DNA from: Octopus bimaculoides
Lineage: Eukaryota
Direction of reading: 5' to 3'
NCBI RefSeq assembly: GCF_001194135.2
Contig: NC_068985.1
Span: 127,156,477 to 127,198,573 of the forward strand
DNA length: 42,097 bases
The notes beneath the pieces are model-generated. The model ran no database searches. It was not told the origin of the DNA and was given only the letters and a program-made list of their open reading frames with translations. The position numbers and the translations under genes were made by a program. Numbering within the stretch: the first letter of the stretch is position 1; each line of letters opens with the position of its first letter. Positions 10,675-21,016 of the stretch are shown in pieces.

Positions 10675-11240
10675 GAGAATTTACAAAAAAACAAAAGACG
10701 AAGATGGGTGTGTAAACAACAAACAGATGTATTAGTTTAACGCTCGGGAAGTGAGAAAGTCTTTTATGTTTCGAGCCTACGCTCTTCGACAGAAAGGAAC
10801 ACAGAAATAAACAGGGAGAGACAATAGAAAAAGGTTTAGTGGCTAGCGATCTATCATGGCGGATGCCGGACAGAGGGGGTCACACAGGAGAGCTAGGAAG
10901 AAGGGGAGATAATAAAATAGTGGTGATCCCAAATCAAAGGTGCGCGTGTGTGTGTATGTGAGAGCATGTATGTGCGTGTGGGGCTGGGGACATTGATGTG
11001 TGCCTGTGTGCATTTGTAGGTGTGTGGATGATGGTGTAGGTGCTGGGAAGTGGTCAGTGCTAGTTAATGCATTGCTACATATGTTTCCACAAGTCATGTT
11101 TCTTAAGTCTGCATTCCTGGGATGATTACAGTACAGTCCGTAGTATCCATGGACATTGGATAGATCATGTAAAGTTGATGTCAGCGTGTGTGTGTGTAAA
11201 CCCTGTTTTGCAATTTCATCTATGTAAAACCCTTTCATTC
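10672..11240 (-). mobile_element. Second PLE family: pLTR plus very decayed GIY-YIG-like tail
   Basis: 10677-10830 matches 20200-20350. The upstream frame reads TYCCRMKGFYIDEIAKQGL, a weak match to C..C...YIGET. Confidence 0.5.
10761..10796 (-). ncRNA. Minimal type I hammerhead-like motif, CUGUCGA core variant
   Basis: CUUU CUGUCGA A GAGC-GUAG-GCUC GAA ACAU A AAAG. Confidence 0.65.
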
Positions 11241-11909
11241 TACAGCAGTATGTGGCAATTTGTATATTTGAACCACACTTATATTTGTCTCTTGATCAGC
11301 ACAGTCTTGTAAGATAAGTAACAAATCTTAATTAACCTTATTTTACAGAATGGTTCTTGAACCTCTCATAAAAGGGAGAAAATACTGGCAAGTAAATTCA
11401 AGGTAAGAGATAATCTTGACCTTTACTTTCTTTGTGGTCAAAGGTTAGTACAGGCTGGAAAATTAAAAAGATCATCTAGTGAGAATGGACTAAACAGAAC
11501 AGAAGAAGATGTGGGATGGAAGAGTTGCTGAAGAGGTCACAGGTGTGTGATATCTAATAAGAATTTTACAACTGAACTGTGAGCAAAGCGTTGGTATTTT
11601 AATTTTTCCTGAAAATGCCCTTTCTAAGAATTAATTCTGGAAGAAATTAGATGGAGATACTTTTCTCCAATTTCTAAATGAGAATAATTTGTTAGCACCC
11701 TATATGTTGCTGCAACCATTCAAGTGTGCCACTGATGAAACTAAGTACTGGGATTTCGATGGCAGGACCTGAGATTTTCCACAATGCTTTAAAAAAGGTA
11801 TATATAAAGCATATGTCATAAAGCATAAGTCATATTCTTGTGTACTTTTCTTTCTCCAACAGTAAATATGTTTTCTTAAACCTTGCAAGAAGTGTCTCTC
11901 TAGTCATCA

Positions 11910-11958
<49 letters not shown>

Positions 11959-12879
11959 TCTCTCTAGACATGTTCAGCATAGCTCAAAATGTGGTTCAAT
12001 TAGAAATGTAATTAGCTGAAGCTCTAAAATTTTGTGGGGTGAAGGAGGGAAAGAAGTAGAATCATAATGTCCTCATAAACCAACAAAGTTTCTAAAACAT
12101 AAATATGAAAAATTGCTAAAAAAAAAAAATAAAGATAAAGATGTTAGAGTTAGTTATTTGTGCTACAATTAGAATTCACAATTAGCTGCACACTTGCACG
12201 GAATTATGCTCAACATTTCTGTTTCAGTTTTAAAAACTACTTCAAATTTTTTTTATTTTTTAAAGACATTTAACAGAGGGATTAATTTGACAATGAATGA
12301 AAAGTTTTACAAAGGAAAAATGAGAGTAGACCGTTATGCTAGTTCATCATCCATTTTATTGTTGATTGTTGAAGCTGCAACACATTTGTTCCAAAGGAGT
12401 ATAACAAAATAGAGCCTAAGATAACAAAAAAATTAAATTGACATTATAGCTTGATTCTGAAACTGAATGTTGTGCTCCACTTGTAATTTAGTTGATCAGT
12501 TTGTGTGATGCTGTACAGATGAAAGAGATATAAAAAAGAGAGAGAGGGATTAAGTAAATAAATTATAACATTCTTCTGCTGTGGTCAACAATGACTAAAA
12601 GACACATGGGTGGAGATGGGTCAAGATGTGCCTGGCTGTGGTCAATTAAGCTGATGCGTGCTTGGAAGGTTCTGCTGCAAGTCAAGCGCTAGTGGTCTGC
12701 TAAGAATGAAGGCAAAGAATTAGCTCTGGACTTATGCTGCTCATGTTTTCTTTGTGCTCTTGCAATCCTACTCTGTTTGTAGGAGGTGGTACCTCTGTTA
12801 GTGCAGTTATGCCATGGAGTGTTGCAGAAGATTCTTATTAACCAGTCTAACAGTTGAAAACAACTGGTATTGAACTTAC

Positions 12880-13198
12880 CTAAGCCTTATACATGACTGC
12901 ATTTTTTCTCTGTCCAACATGATCTGACTATGACCGACTGACCATGGTCATTTGACACTGTTCTCTCTGTGATGAACCTTTCTTCTAGCTAGCTTGTTTT
13001 TGCTGCCCTTTTATAAGCTCTGACTTGCTCAATCACCAATTGACTGATTTTCCGTCGACACTTTTGGATTCGTTAGAATTTTTTCAGTCAAAGAATTTGA
13101 TGTGTAGTTGTTGATTGACTAGAGTTTTGCTGATATCATCATATCTGCAAGATGTTTTGACAAGATTCAACATATTCCAAGTCATCTACAAAATTCTT
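12880..13198 (-). ncRNA. Candidate 319-nt exon of an antisense/divergent transcript
   Basis: Strong acceptor (tttattttttcag|AAG) and donor (TAG|GTAAGT) on the minus strand; stops in all frames except a terminal MLDREKMQSCIRL. Confidence 0.4.
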
Positions 13199-13969
13199 CT
13201 GAAAAATAAAAAAATAAACTGGTTTGATTTGAGGCAACAGATCACATTTTAAGTTACCGATGTGATATCAGCAAATGGCAGATTCATTAGAGCTAACTAC
13301 AGAAGTGTATTAACCCCAATTCAATTTTATTTCCCATAACTTCCTCAAAAATACATTCATTTTTAGTGAAAATTTTCATGTTTTTGAAGGTGTAGATTAC
13401 GATTATTTTGATAATATGAAAAAAAAAAAGTTCTTGAGAATCAAAATTGGTACTTCTGTTACAGAACTGGAGACACCCCCAACAACTTTTGTTCCTTTGT
13501 TGAAATCAGAATTCAATACAAATTTATTTGGTGGGTAGTACTTGGTTATGAAGTTTAATCAACCGTCAAGAAATATATAGTTAGCTTCTTTAGTTTCGTA
13601 TTCAATGTTTCCTAAAGAAGCTGTAACCATTAAACCTTAAAGAATACATCTTCATATCGCATTTGAGTTCATTTTATTTAGTTTATAATAAATTTTAAAT
13701 GACACCCTTTAAGTGCTAACTGTAGTAGATGTATTGTTTAGTTAATTAGCCAAACGTTGTTATTGTACTACTAGATCCTCAGATCCCTTATTCTAATCAT
13801 GGTAATTTATCATTAAACATTTGAAAACTTTTCTGTCACTATATCTCTCTCTCTATATATTTTTAATGTATTCTTGAGATAAAAAAATATTCGGAAAGGA
13901 TAAATACGAAACGTATATTTTTGAATAATAGTTCATCTGTCGGTTGGCGGTATAAACAAGTTATTCAAC

Positions 13970-14031
13970 ATGTCATCTTACGGTCTACCGTCAAGCTCCT
14001 GGCAGCCTTCATTTGTTACATTTGAAACGAC
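13970..14031 (+). CDS. PPIL1: PPIL1 exon 1 (coding part, MSSYGLPSSSWQPSFVTFET+AC), phase-2 donor
   Basis: Hand translation from ATG at 13970 matches the PPIL1 N-terminus pattern (human MAAIPPDSWQPPNVYLETS); ends AC|GTGAGC and joins exon 2 in frame (AC|A = Thr). Confidence 0.92.
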
Positions 14032-14090
14032 GTGAGCCATATTTATTTTCTCGCATTATTAGTGTCAAATTGTAGGATAGCTGAAAATGT

Positions 14091-14245
14091 GGTAATTTTT
14101 CAGATTAACACCCGCACAATTACCTAACCTTAACCCTAACACTAACCCTAACCCTGACCCTAAAACCCTAACCATAACCCTGACCCTAAAACCCTAACCC
14201 TAACACCCTAGTGAAGATCGTGCAAGTGTTAATCTGAAAAATTAC
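14091..14245. mobile_element. Telomere-core foldback element T1 (TIR ggtaattttcagattaacac..gcac; CCCTAA-variant core)
   Basis: 27-nt left TIR and full right TIR; about 90 nt of ccctaa/ccctga/aaaccctaa units. Confidence 0.85.
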
Positions 14246-14429
14246 CGAAAATATTTTACCTTTCAGTTGTCACACGAAAGAGAACTCACCTCTGATGAGT
14301 ATCTCGTAAGATTTACCGATTTGGTAAAATATATTCTCTACTCGTTTAGATAATTTGTTAGTTTTTTTTTTTCAAAGTTAAAAACTAATTTATTTTTCTT
14401 AAAAAATACTAATATTTTGGTGTCGGTGG

Positions 14430-14510
14430 AGGTAAAAAATACGCACACCGCTCGTCTTAGGGCGTAACCCTATCCTGATCCTAAAGACCAGGTGTGCGTA
14501 TTCTTTATCT
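14430..14510. mobile_element. Telomere-core foldback element T2 (81 bp, different TIR)
   Basis: aggtaaaaaatacgcacacc ... ggtgtgcgtattctttatct (18/20 inverted match) around ttaggg/taacccta/cctaa. Confidence 0.7.
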
Positions 14511-14533
14511 TCGCTTTTCGCGTCTATACAAAT

Positions 14534-14840
14534 AGGTAGCAGAATCGTTGGCACGCCGGGTAAAGTGCTTAGCAGCATTTCGTCCGTCGTCACGTTCTGA
14601 GTTCAAATTCCGTCGAGGTCGACTTTTCCTTTCACCTTTTCGGGGTCGATAAAATAAGTACCAGGTAGGCCCCGAAACAGCGCGCATTCTCTCTTGATGA
14701 CTCTATACACTTGCTGGCTTTTGATATGTGGAGTTCTCGACTGGTAGCACTTGCATGTGCGAGTTATTTGCAAGACATCTGGATCGATGTAATCGATCTC
14801 TCACCTCTCCGAAATTGCTGGCTTTATGCCAAAACTTTTA
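14534..14840 (+). mobile_element. SINE family A interrupted by a roughly 105-bp insert (about 14665-14770)
   Basis: Head and core run to aataagtacca; the tail resumes at ggatcgatgtaatcgat. Confidence 0.75.
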
Positions 14841-14918
14841 AATCGTTATATCTAAAGTAAAACGACTAAAACAATTTTTTCTTAACTCTTAATAATCAAC
14901 ATAAGCATGACTTTTTCG

Positions 14919-15114
14919 GGTAATTTTTCAGATTAACACCTGCACGATCTTCACCAGGGTTTTAGGGTTAGGGTTTTAGGGTTACGGTTAGGGTTAGGGA
15001 TTTAGGGTTTGGATTAGGGAATTCCGTCCCTAACCCTAACCCTAAAACTAACCCTGACCCTAAAACCCTAACCCCCTAGTGAAGATCGTGCGGGTGTTAA
15101 TCAGAAAAATTACC
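14919..15114. mobile_element. Telomere-core foldback element T3: 41-bp TIRs enclosing (TTAGGG)n-gaattccgtc-(CCCTAA)n
   Basis: TIRs 14919-14959 and 15074-15114 match at 38/41; same TIR family as T1. Confidence 0.9.
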
Positions 15115-15192
15115 ATAAAACTTATTCAAGTCGCTCTGATAATAAAATAAAAACAAAAATAATACAACGTAAATATGAGATTTATAAAGAAA

Positions 15193-15519
15193 CAGTAATA
15201 CTGTGATTTTTTTTAGCTGGGTCCATATGACTCCTGGGGGTCCATACAAGATTTTTGGGTGTCTATGCTGGCAAAATGATAAATTGTTGGCCCATGAAAA
15301 AATTTTGCTTTAGATGTATTTATTGCAGGAAATAATTAAGTTTCTTTCTCGAATGTTATACATAGCTCAACTTACACAAGTGAATGTGTGATTAACAAAA
15401 TAGGAATTTCGAAAGAAGTATCTATAAAATTCGTTTTTAAACAGCAATGGCAACGGAGTCCAACAGAATAGAATAGTAATCAAAGGGATCCATAGATAAA
15501 AAATGCTTGAGGACCGCTG
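15193..15519. mobile_element. Degraded hAT-type MITE
   Basis: Right end ...tccatagataaaaaatgcttgaggaccgctg (CAG...CTG type); left end decayed. Confidence 0.45.
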
Positions 15520-15549
15520 ATTTTAAACATCTTCACTATTTTTTATATG

Positions 15550-16253
15550 CCGTAAATCCTCGAGTATAATACGCACCCCTTCTCTAACTTGAGTTAAGGA
15601 GATCTATATAACATCCTTGGTTTGTAAACATATATACGGTAACATCCTTTATTATTATTGTATATATAACATAATGCAAATGTGTAGCTTTTTTGTGCAC
15701 TTTGTTTGCAGAAAATAAAGAAATAACAGTAATAACATCAGTGAAAAATAAATATTAAGTAAATTGCCTTTACATATTTATCACTATTAGTTACAAAAGC
15801 AAAAGCAAAAACATTTATTCAAATCCTTCAAATTCACATCACTTTCATCATCAAATAACTGCTCCATTTGTTCCTCTGTAATCAAACACTTCCACGTATG
15901 CATAATACAATAATGGCGATGTTCTTAACTGTCATATGAGAATGTAAATATGTTTGCAAATTGTTTTTGTTACATGTTATTCTGTGTTCTGAATACTTTT
16001 ATTTTAATAAATGTTGCTTACTGCAAGTTATGGATGATTCTTTTATGACTTCATTGCTTTCAGGCTTAGCTTAAGGTATTTTCGCGCCCGACATCACAAA
16101 ATGCATCTGAATAAACATTGCCGGACAGCAAATATAGACTCAGACATTGCTTAGAAAATATTTTTCATTTTTAACCTCATATATAGTATGCAATAGGGAT
16201 TTTGACCTTTAAATTTTGGGGAAAAAATGCGGATTATACTCGAGGATTTACGG
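15550..16253. mobile_element. Tc2/pogo-type non-autonomous DNA transposon (704 bp)
   Basis: TIR ccgtaaatcctcgagtataat.cgca ... tgcggattatactcgaggatttacgg|TA; CCGTA terminus as in Tc2. Confidence 0.8.
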
Positions 16254-17211
16254 TATATATTTTTACTGCTTGATCTGGTGGAAGTTGTACCCATATCTGT
16301 AAGCAGTATATAAGAAACTATGATAACTGCTTGTCTGTTATTTGAAGGATTTTAAAAACGTTTTAAGAGAAAAGGCACTTCTTATGATCCTTTGCAGAGC
16401 TTCAGAGGCTGGTGAAAAGGAAGGAAAAAGTTATGCTCAAACGAGAAAGCCCTAATGTTTGTAATGGAATGTTGTCTGCTGAAGAAACATAAAGTACCAG
16501 GTGGTGTTATGCTGAGCAGTAGGCCCTGGTCAGATTTGAAGTCAGAACCCAAAGAAGAATGAAGGGCAAAGTTGGTGCTGTTTGAGCTCAAAGTATAGAG
16601 AGTCAGAACTGTGAGGCATTCTGCCTGATGCTCTAACAGCTCTGCTGATTCAATGCTGTTTTATATAGTATGAGGTATCCAGTTAATCTTGCAGGATAAT
16701 TTCATCTGACGATACCAATATTGAGATGTTTAAAAGCTCTACATGTTTGTATAATGTGTACAGGTTTGTTTCAGGTTTGAAGAATCTTGGTTTGCATTGT
16801 CTACAAGTTATGCACAATTGTGCACTCCTGTCAGTAACAATAGTAAATGGTGCCATTGTACATATTTCCTGAATCTGGCTATAACCAGATGATCTTATGA
16901 ATAAAGATAATTTGTTGATGTGATTCAATACCACAGCTGTACAAGAGAGTTCAACGATTGAAACATGATTTGCTCTGCAATATTTTACAATGAAATTCAG
17001 ATGAAGATCAGATTACTTATTCATTCTTAATCCCAGTTTTAATTTTTTTTGTTTGAGAAAAGAAGTGCTACTACTTGTTGACGTGCCTTTACTATTTCAT
17101 CCTTTTAAAAGGTAGTGAGCTAGCAAAATTGTTAGCATGCTGGATAGTTTCTTATATACTGCTTACAGATATGGGTACAACTTCCACCAGATCAAGCAGT
17201 AAAAATATATA

Positions 17212-17442
17212 CCGTAAATCCTCGAGTATAATCCGCATTTTTCCCCAAAATTTAAAGGTCAAAATCCCTATTGCATACTATATACGAGGTTAAAAATGAA
17301 AAATATTTTCTAAGCAAAGTCCAAGTCTCTATTTGTTGTCCGGCAATGTTTATTCAGACGCATTTTGTGATGTCAGGCGCGAAAATACCTGACGCTAAGC
17401 CTGAAAGCAATGAAGTCATAAAAGAATCGTCCATTACTTGCT
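17212..17442. mobile_element. One-ended copy of the same Tc2/pogo-type element, inverted relative to 16022-16253
   Basis: TA|ccgtaaatcctcgagtataatccgca...; aligns to the reverse complement of 16022-16253. Confidence 0.8.
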
Positions 17443-17610
17443 TAGTGGTATTTTGTCCATCTTTATGTTCTGAGTTCAAATTCTGCTGAAGTCAACTTTA
17501 CCTTTCAATCTTCCAGGATTGATAAAATAAATATCAGTTGAACACTGGGGACGATATAAACGACTTACCACTTCCCCAAAGTTGCTTGCTTTGTGCCAAT
17601 AATTGAAACC
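17443..17610 (+). mobile_element. SINE family A, 5'-truncated
   Basis: ttctgagttcaaattctgctgaagtcaactttacctttcaatc...gataaaataa. Confidence 0.7.
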
Positions 17611-17884
17611 AATATTTCGTCCTTTTGGTGTCCATAATAAAAAAAAAAATGTACCAATGTTGAACAAAATTGCAAGAACGTACCAGATGCCTTGCAGTAT
17701 TCATCTCAGCTCTTTGTGTTCTGAGTTCAAATTCCACTATGGCTTATTTGAATGATATTTAATCTGTCACCCCATTTAACACCATTACTTGTGAGGTTGG
17801 TAGATGTGGTGATTTGCTGTACTTGATAAGACATGTTAAGCTAAGTAAAATCACAGTCTTCCACACATACAGCCTTGTCCTTTC

Positions 17885-18096
17885 AGGTGGCCTGTGCCAG
17901 TGGTACGTAAATGCACCTTTACCAGTACAAAGCACACAGCACACTCTATTAAGTGGTTGGTGTTAGGAAGGGCATCCAGCTGTAGAAAGCATGCCACAAT
18001 AGAAATTGGAGTCTAGATAGCTCACTGCTAGCCAGTGTCAAATCGTTTAACCCATGCCAGCATAGAGAACAGACGTTAAACTTGGATGATGATGAT
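17885..18096 (+). mobile_element. RTE-type 3' end (older subfamily) in PPIL1 intron 1
   Basis: gtggttggtgttaggaagggcatccagctgtagaaa...aacccatgccagcat...gacgttaaa..(gat)n. Confidence 0.75.
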
Positions 18097-19201
18097 TGGG
18101 CACCTTGGGTACTTTAGCAGAGTCTATTCTATTGCAAGGATTCAGATCAGATTCCTGGTTTGTGAATGCTTCCTCCCTCCCAAGGGTCTCAGATGTTCTG
18201 AAAAGGGTCACATGCAATGCTTTTACCCTCCTGGTGCAAAAAAAAAAAAAAGGCCTATTGAAATTGTTGTTACTAGTGAAACTGAAATGTTGAAGGTGAA
18301 TGTTTGGTTGGATACATGAGAATGAAAAGAAGTCCCATGTTAAAGTAATTTGCAAAGAGTTGCTTGTGTAGAATGTTTGGTATAAAACTAGAAACTGAGG
18401 CAGGTGTGACAAGAGTGAGCAAGGTATGAAGATCATTTCTGCTGTTTAGTCCTAGCTATGCATCATAAAGCAAATATGATCAAAGGTATTTTAGCCCACA
18501 ACCATTCCATCTTTTTGTGTATCTATGACTACATTAGCTTATGTGTTTTCCCTTTTAAGACAATAATAGGTTGGGTAACTGCATGACTCCCTCATTGTTG
18601 ATTTGGCTATGCTTTACCTTCTGCCTAAAAATGCACCAGTAAATGTAAATGAACAAACATTGCTGTCTTTGTAGCAGGTAGGTCTGGCAACTTTAACCCA
18701 TAAAGCGCTGGGATATGCACTTACACAGCATGGACTGCTGAGCACTTTTATGAAAATGAGACTACCATGCACTCATGAAAAATAAAAAATAGTCAAAATA
18801 TCTTCTTAGTATATAATGGTGGCAAGTTTTACATCATCTGAAAAGTCATTAGTGACATTAGACCCCAACAAACGCCCATAAATTATGTTAAACCGTAAAG
18901 GGTTTGATATAAAAGACAATCTGAGTAATGTGACTGAAGAAATGAGTGACTATTCTACAGTTTGTATCAAAGAAATGCAGTGACAGAGATGACTAATTTT
19001 CCAAGTCATCAAGTAGGAGAACTTTATAGAGCAAATATTTTTGTTCAACATTTGAATATATTAATCTAGCTTTGTATTTATTTATTCAATTTGTATATCT
19101 TTAAAAACCATCCTTAGGTCATTAACAAATGAAAAAGAATTGATTTTTATCTCATTCAACTTTATGGCATTTCATATATTTTTTTCTTTTTGATTTTAAA
19201 G

Positions 19202-19356
19202 AATGGGCAGTATCACATTTGAGCTATACTGGAAACAAGCTCCAAAAACATGTCGTAATTTTGCAGAACTTTCTAGACGAGGTTACTATAATGGTACAAA
19301 ATTTCACCGAGTCATAAAAGATTTTATGATTCAAGGAGGTGACCCTACTGGAACAG
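19202..19356 (+). CDS. PPIL1: PPIL1 exon 2 (155 nt; [51 protein letters not shown])
   Basis: Cyclophilin motifs APKT..NF and [19 protein letters not shown]; pyrimidine-rich acceptor ...tttaaag|A; donor CAG|GTGAGA. Confidence 0.98.
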
Positions 19357-19483
19357 GTGAGAGTATTTCTTTTGCCCTCAACATTTTGTATTTTTCTATG
19401 TTACCTACTATTTTTTAAAAAATTAAGATTGGTAATTATTTTTATATTAAATTAGCTTTATTAATTCAATGGTTACATTAGAC

Positions 19484-19569
19484 CAGTGGTTAACAACCTG
19501 GGGTCTGCAGACCCTTGATGGTCCACAAAGGTAGTACTAGGGGTCTGTGAGCTAAATTCAAAATTTCAT

Positions 19570-19612
<43 letters not shown>

Positions 19613-19684
19613 ACGCATAAGGATAGGCATATTAAAAGAGATCTGTGGGAAAACTCATTTAGATAAAAGGGTTGGGAACCACTG
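19484..19684. mobile_element. hAT MITE with 8-bp TSD
   Basis: TIR cagtggttaacaacc...ggttgggaaccactg; flanks cattagac / catttgac (7/8). Confidence 0.85.
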
Positions 19685-20199
19685 CATTTGACTAATGATT
19701 TCTAATATATGCCTTTCATCAGCATTATATTAATAGTTTCTTAATGAAGGCAATAATTTTCTTAGAATTCATTCATTTTACATTTGCTTTTCCATGGGTT
19801 GGATAAAGACTTATTGAGGCAGTGTTTTATGGCTGGATGCTCTTCCTGTTGCCAACTAAGAACATTCTTTTCTCTCCACCAGTCATTATGCACAGTGACA
19901 GGCTGCACTGTGCATTACATGCATGACATCACCTTTTGCTCAAACAGAGTCATGTGAAGATACATGAAATAAAAGTATTCTTGTGCACACTTTGCTTTTA
20001 AGGTTTACGTTAATTGTACAGAAAAATTTGTTTTTTCTAAATGCTATTTATTTAATCAATTTTATAAAATTGATGGCTGTTTTGCAATGCAGAGTGGTTT
20101 TTCAGAAGTCTTAGAAATTGGGTTAGTAAACACATCCTGGCCACAAGTGTTACTGAAACCATGCTTGACTCCTAAATCTACAATTTTTTTTTCATTCTC

Positions 20200-20352
20200 T
20201 CTCTCTTTATTTTCTCGCATTCCTTTCTGTTGAAGAGCATAGGCTTGAAATGTAAAAGACTTTTTCATTTTCCTGAGCATCAAACTAATACACCTGCTTG
20301 TTGTTTATACACCTGTCTTCGTTTTTATGTTTTTCTATAAATTTCAACTATA
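20200..20352 (+). mobile_element. pLTR-like fragment of the same family as 10677-10830
   Basis: cctttctgttgaagagc...aaactaatacacctgcttgttgtttatacacctgtcttcg. Confidence 0.7.
20223..20258 (+). ncRNA. Minimal hammerhead-like motif (CUGUUGA core), sense in PPIL1 intron 2
   Basis: CUUU CUGUUGA A GAGC-AUAG-GCUU GAA AUGU A AAAG. Confidence 0.6.
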
Positions 20353-20355
20353 AAT

Positions 20356-20493
20356 GTTGTGTGGTTAAGAAGTTTGCTTTCCAAACATATAGTCTCAGGT
20401 TCAATCTCACTACACAGCATCTTGAGCAAGTGTCTTCAATAGCCCCTGGTTGACCAAAGCCTTGTGAGTGGATTTCATGGACAGAAACTGAAA
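20356..20493 (+). mobile_element. tRNA-derived SINE family B
   Basis: gtgtggttaagaag (A-box-like), ggttcaatc (B-box-like), ttgagcaagtgtcttc...gaccaaagccttgtgagtggattt...gaaactgaaa. Confidence 0.75.
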
Positions 20494-20496
20494 TAA

Positions 20497-20797
20497 TCAT
20501 CATCATCATCGTCGTCGTTTAACGTCCACCTTCCATGCTGGCATGGGTTGGACGATTTGACTGAGGACTGGTGGACCAGGTGGCTACACCAGGCTCCAAT
20601 CTGATTTGGCAGAGTTTCTACAGCTGGATGCCCTTCCTAATGCCAACAACTCCGAGAATGTAGTGGGTGCTTTTACGTGCCACCGGCACGAAGGCCAGTC
20701 AGGTGGTACTGGCAACAGCCACGCTCGAAATGGTGTATTTTACGTGCCACCTGCACAGGAGCCAGTCCATTGGCACTGGCAACGATCTCGCTCGATG
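20497..20797 (-). mobile_element. RTE-type 3' end in PPIL1 intron 2
   Basis: (cat)n-cgtttaacgtcc...ttccatgctggcatgggttggacg...ctggatgcccttcctaa. Confidence 0.8.
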
Positions 20798-20838
20798 AAA
20801 ATACATACATGCTAATTATAAAGAAATGCCATGTAAAC

Positions 20839-21016
20839 TGTCATTCATTTGTAATCTTATGTGAAAACCTGCTTAGCCACTGTACTGTTTGTGTTCAAAA
20901 GACTTGGGGAAAATACTACTTTGCTTTGTCATTCATTTGTAATCTTATGTGAAAACCAGCTTGGCCACTGTACTTGTTTGTGTTCAAAAGACTTGGGGAA
21001 AATACTACCTCGCTTT
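20839..21016 (+). repeat. Tandem duplication, 2 x about 88 bp
   Basis: tgtcattcatttgtaatcttatgtgaaaacc...ggggaaaatactac.t.gcttt occurs at 20839 and 20927. Confidence 0.9.

Noticed and set aside
13951-13956. TATAAA as the PPIL1 TATA box
   Set aside because: It lies only 14 nt before the ATG, which would put the TSS inside the CDS.
14292-14320. CUGAUGAG-UAU-CUC-GUAA as a hammerhead
   Set aside because: No stem I partner and the GAAA box is altered.
14534-14620. tRNA genes at SINE heads
   Set aside because: A/B-box-like motifs only; no cloverleaf, and they continue into SINE bodies.
14665-14770. Insert in the SINE beginning gcccGAAACagc, a possible half hammerhead from another pLTR
   Set aside because: The 5' core half is absent and there is no second copy in the window to support it.
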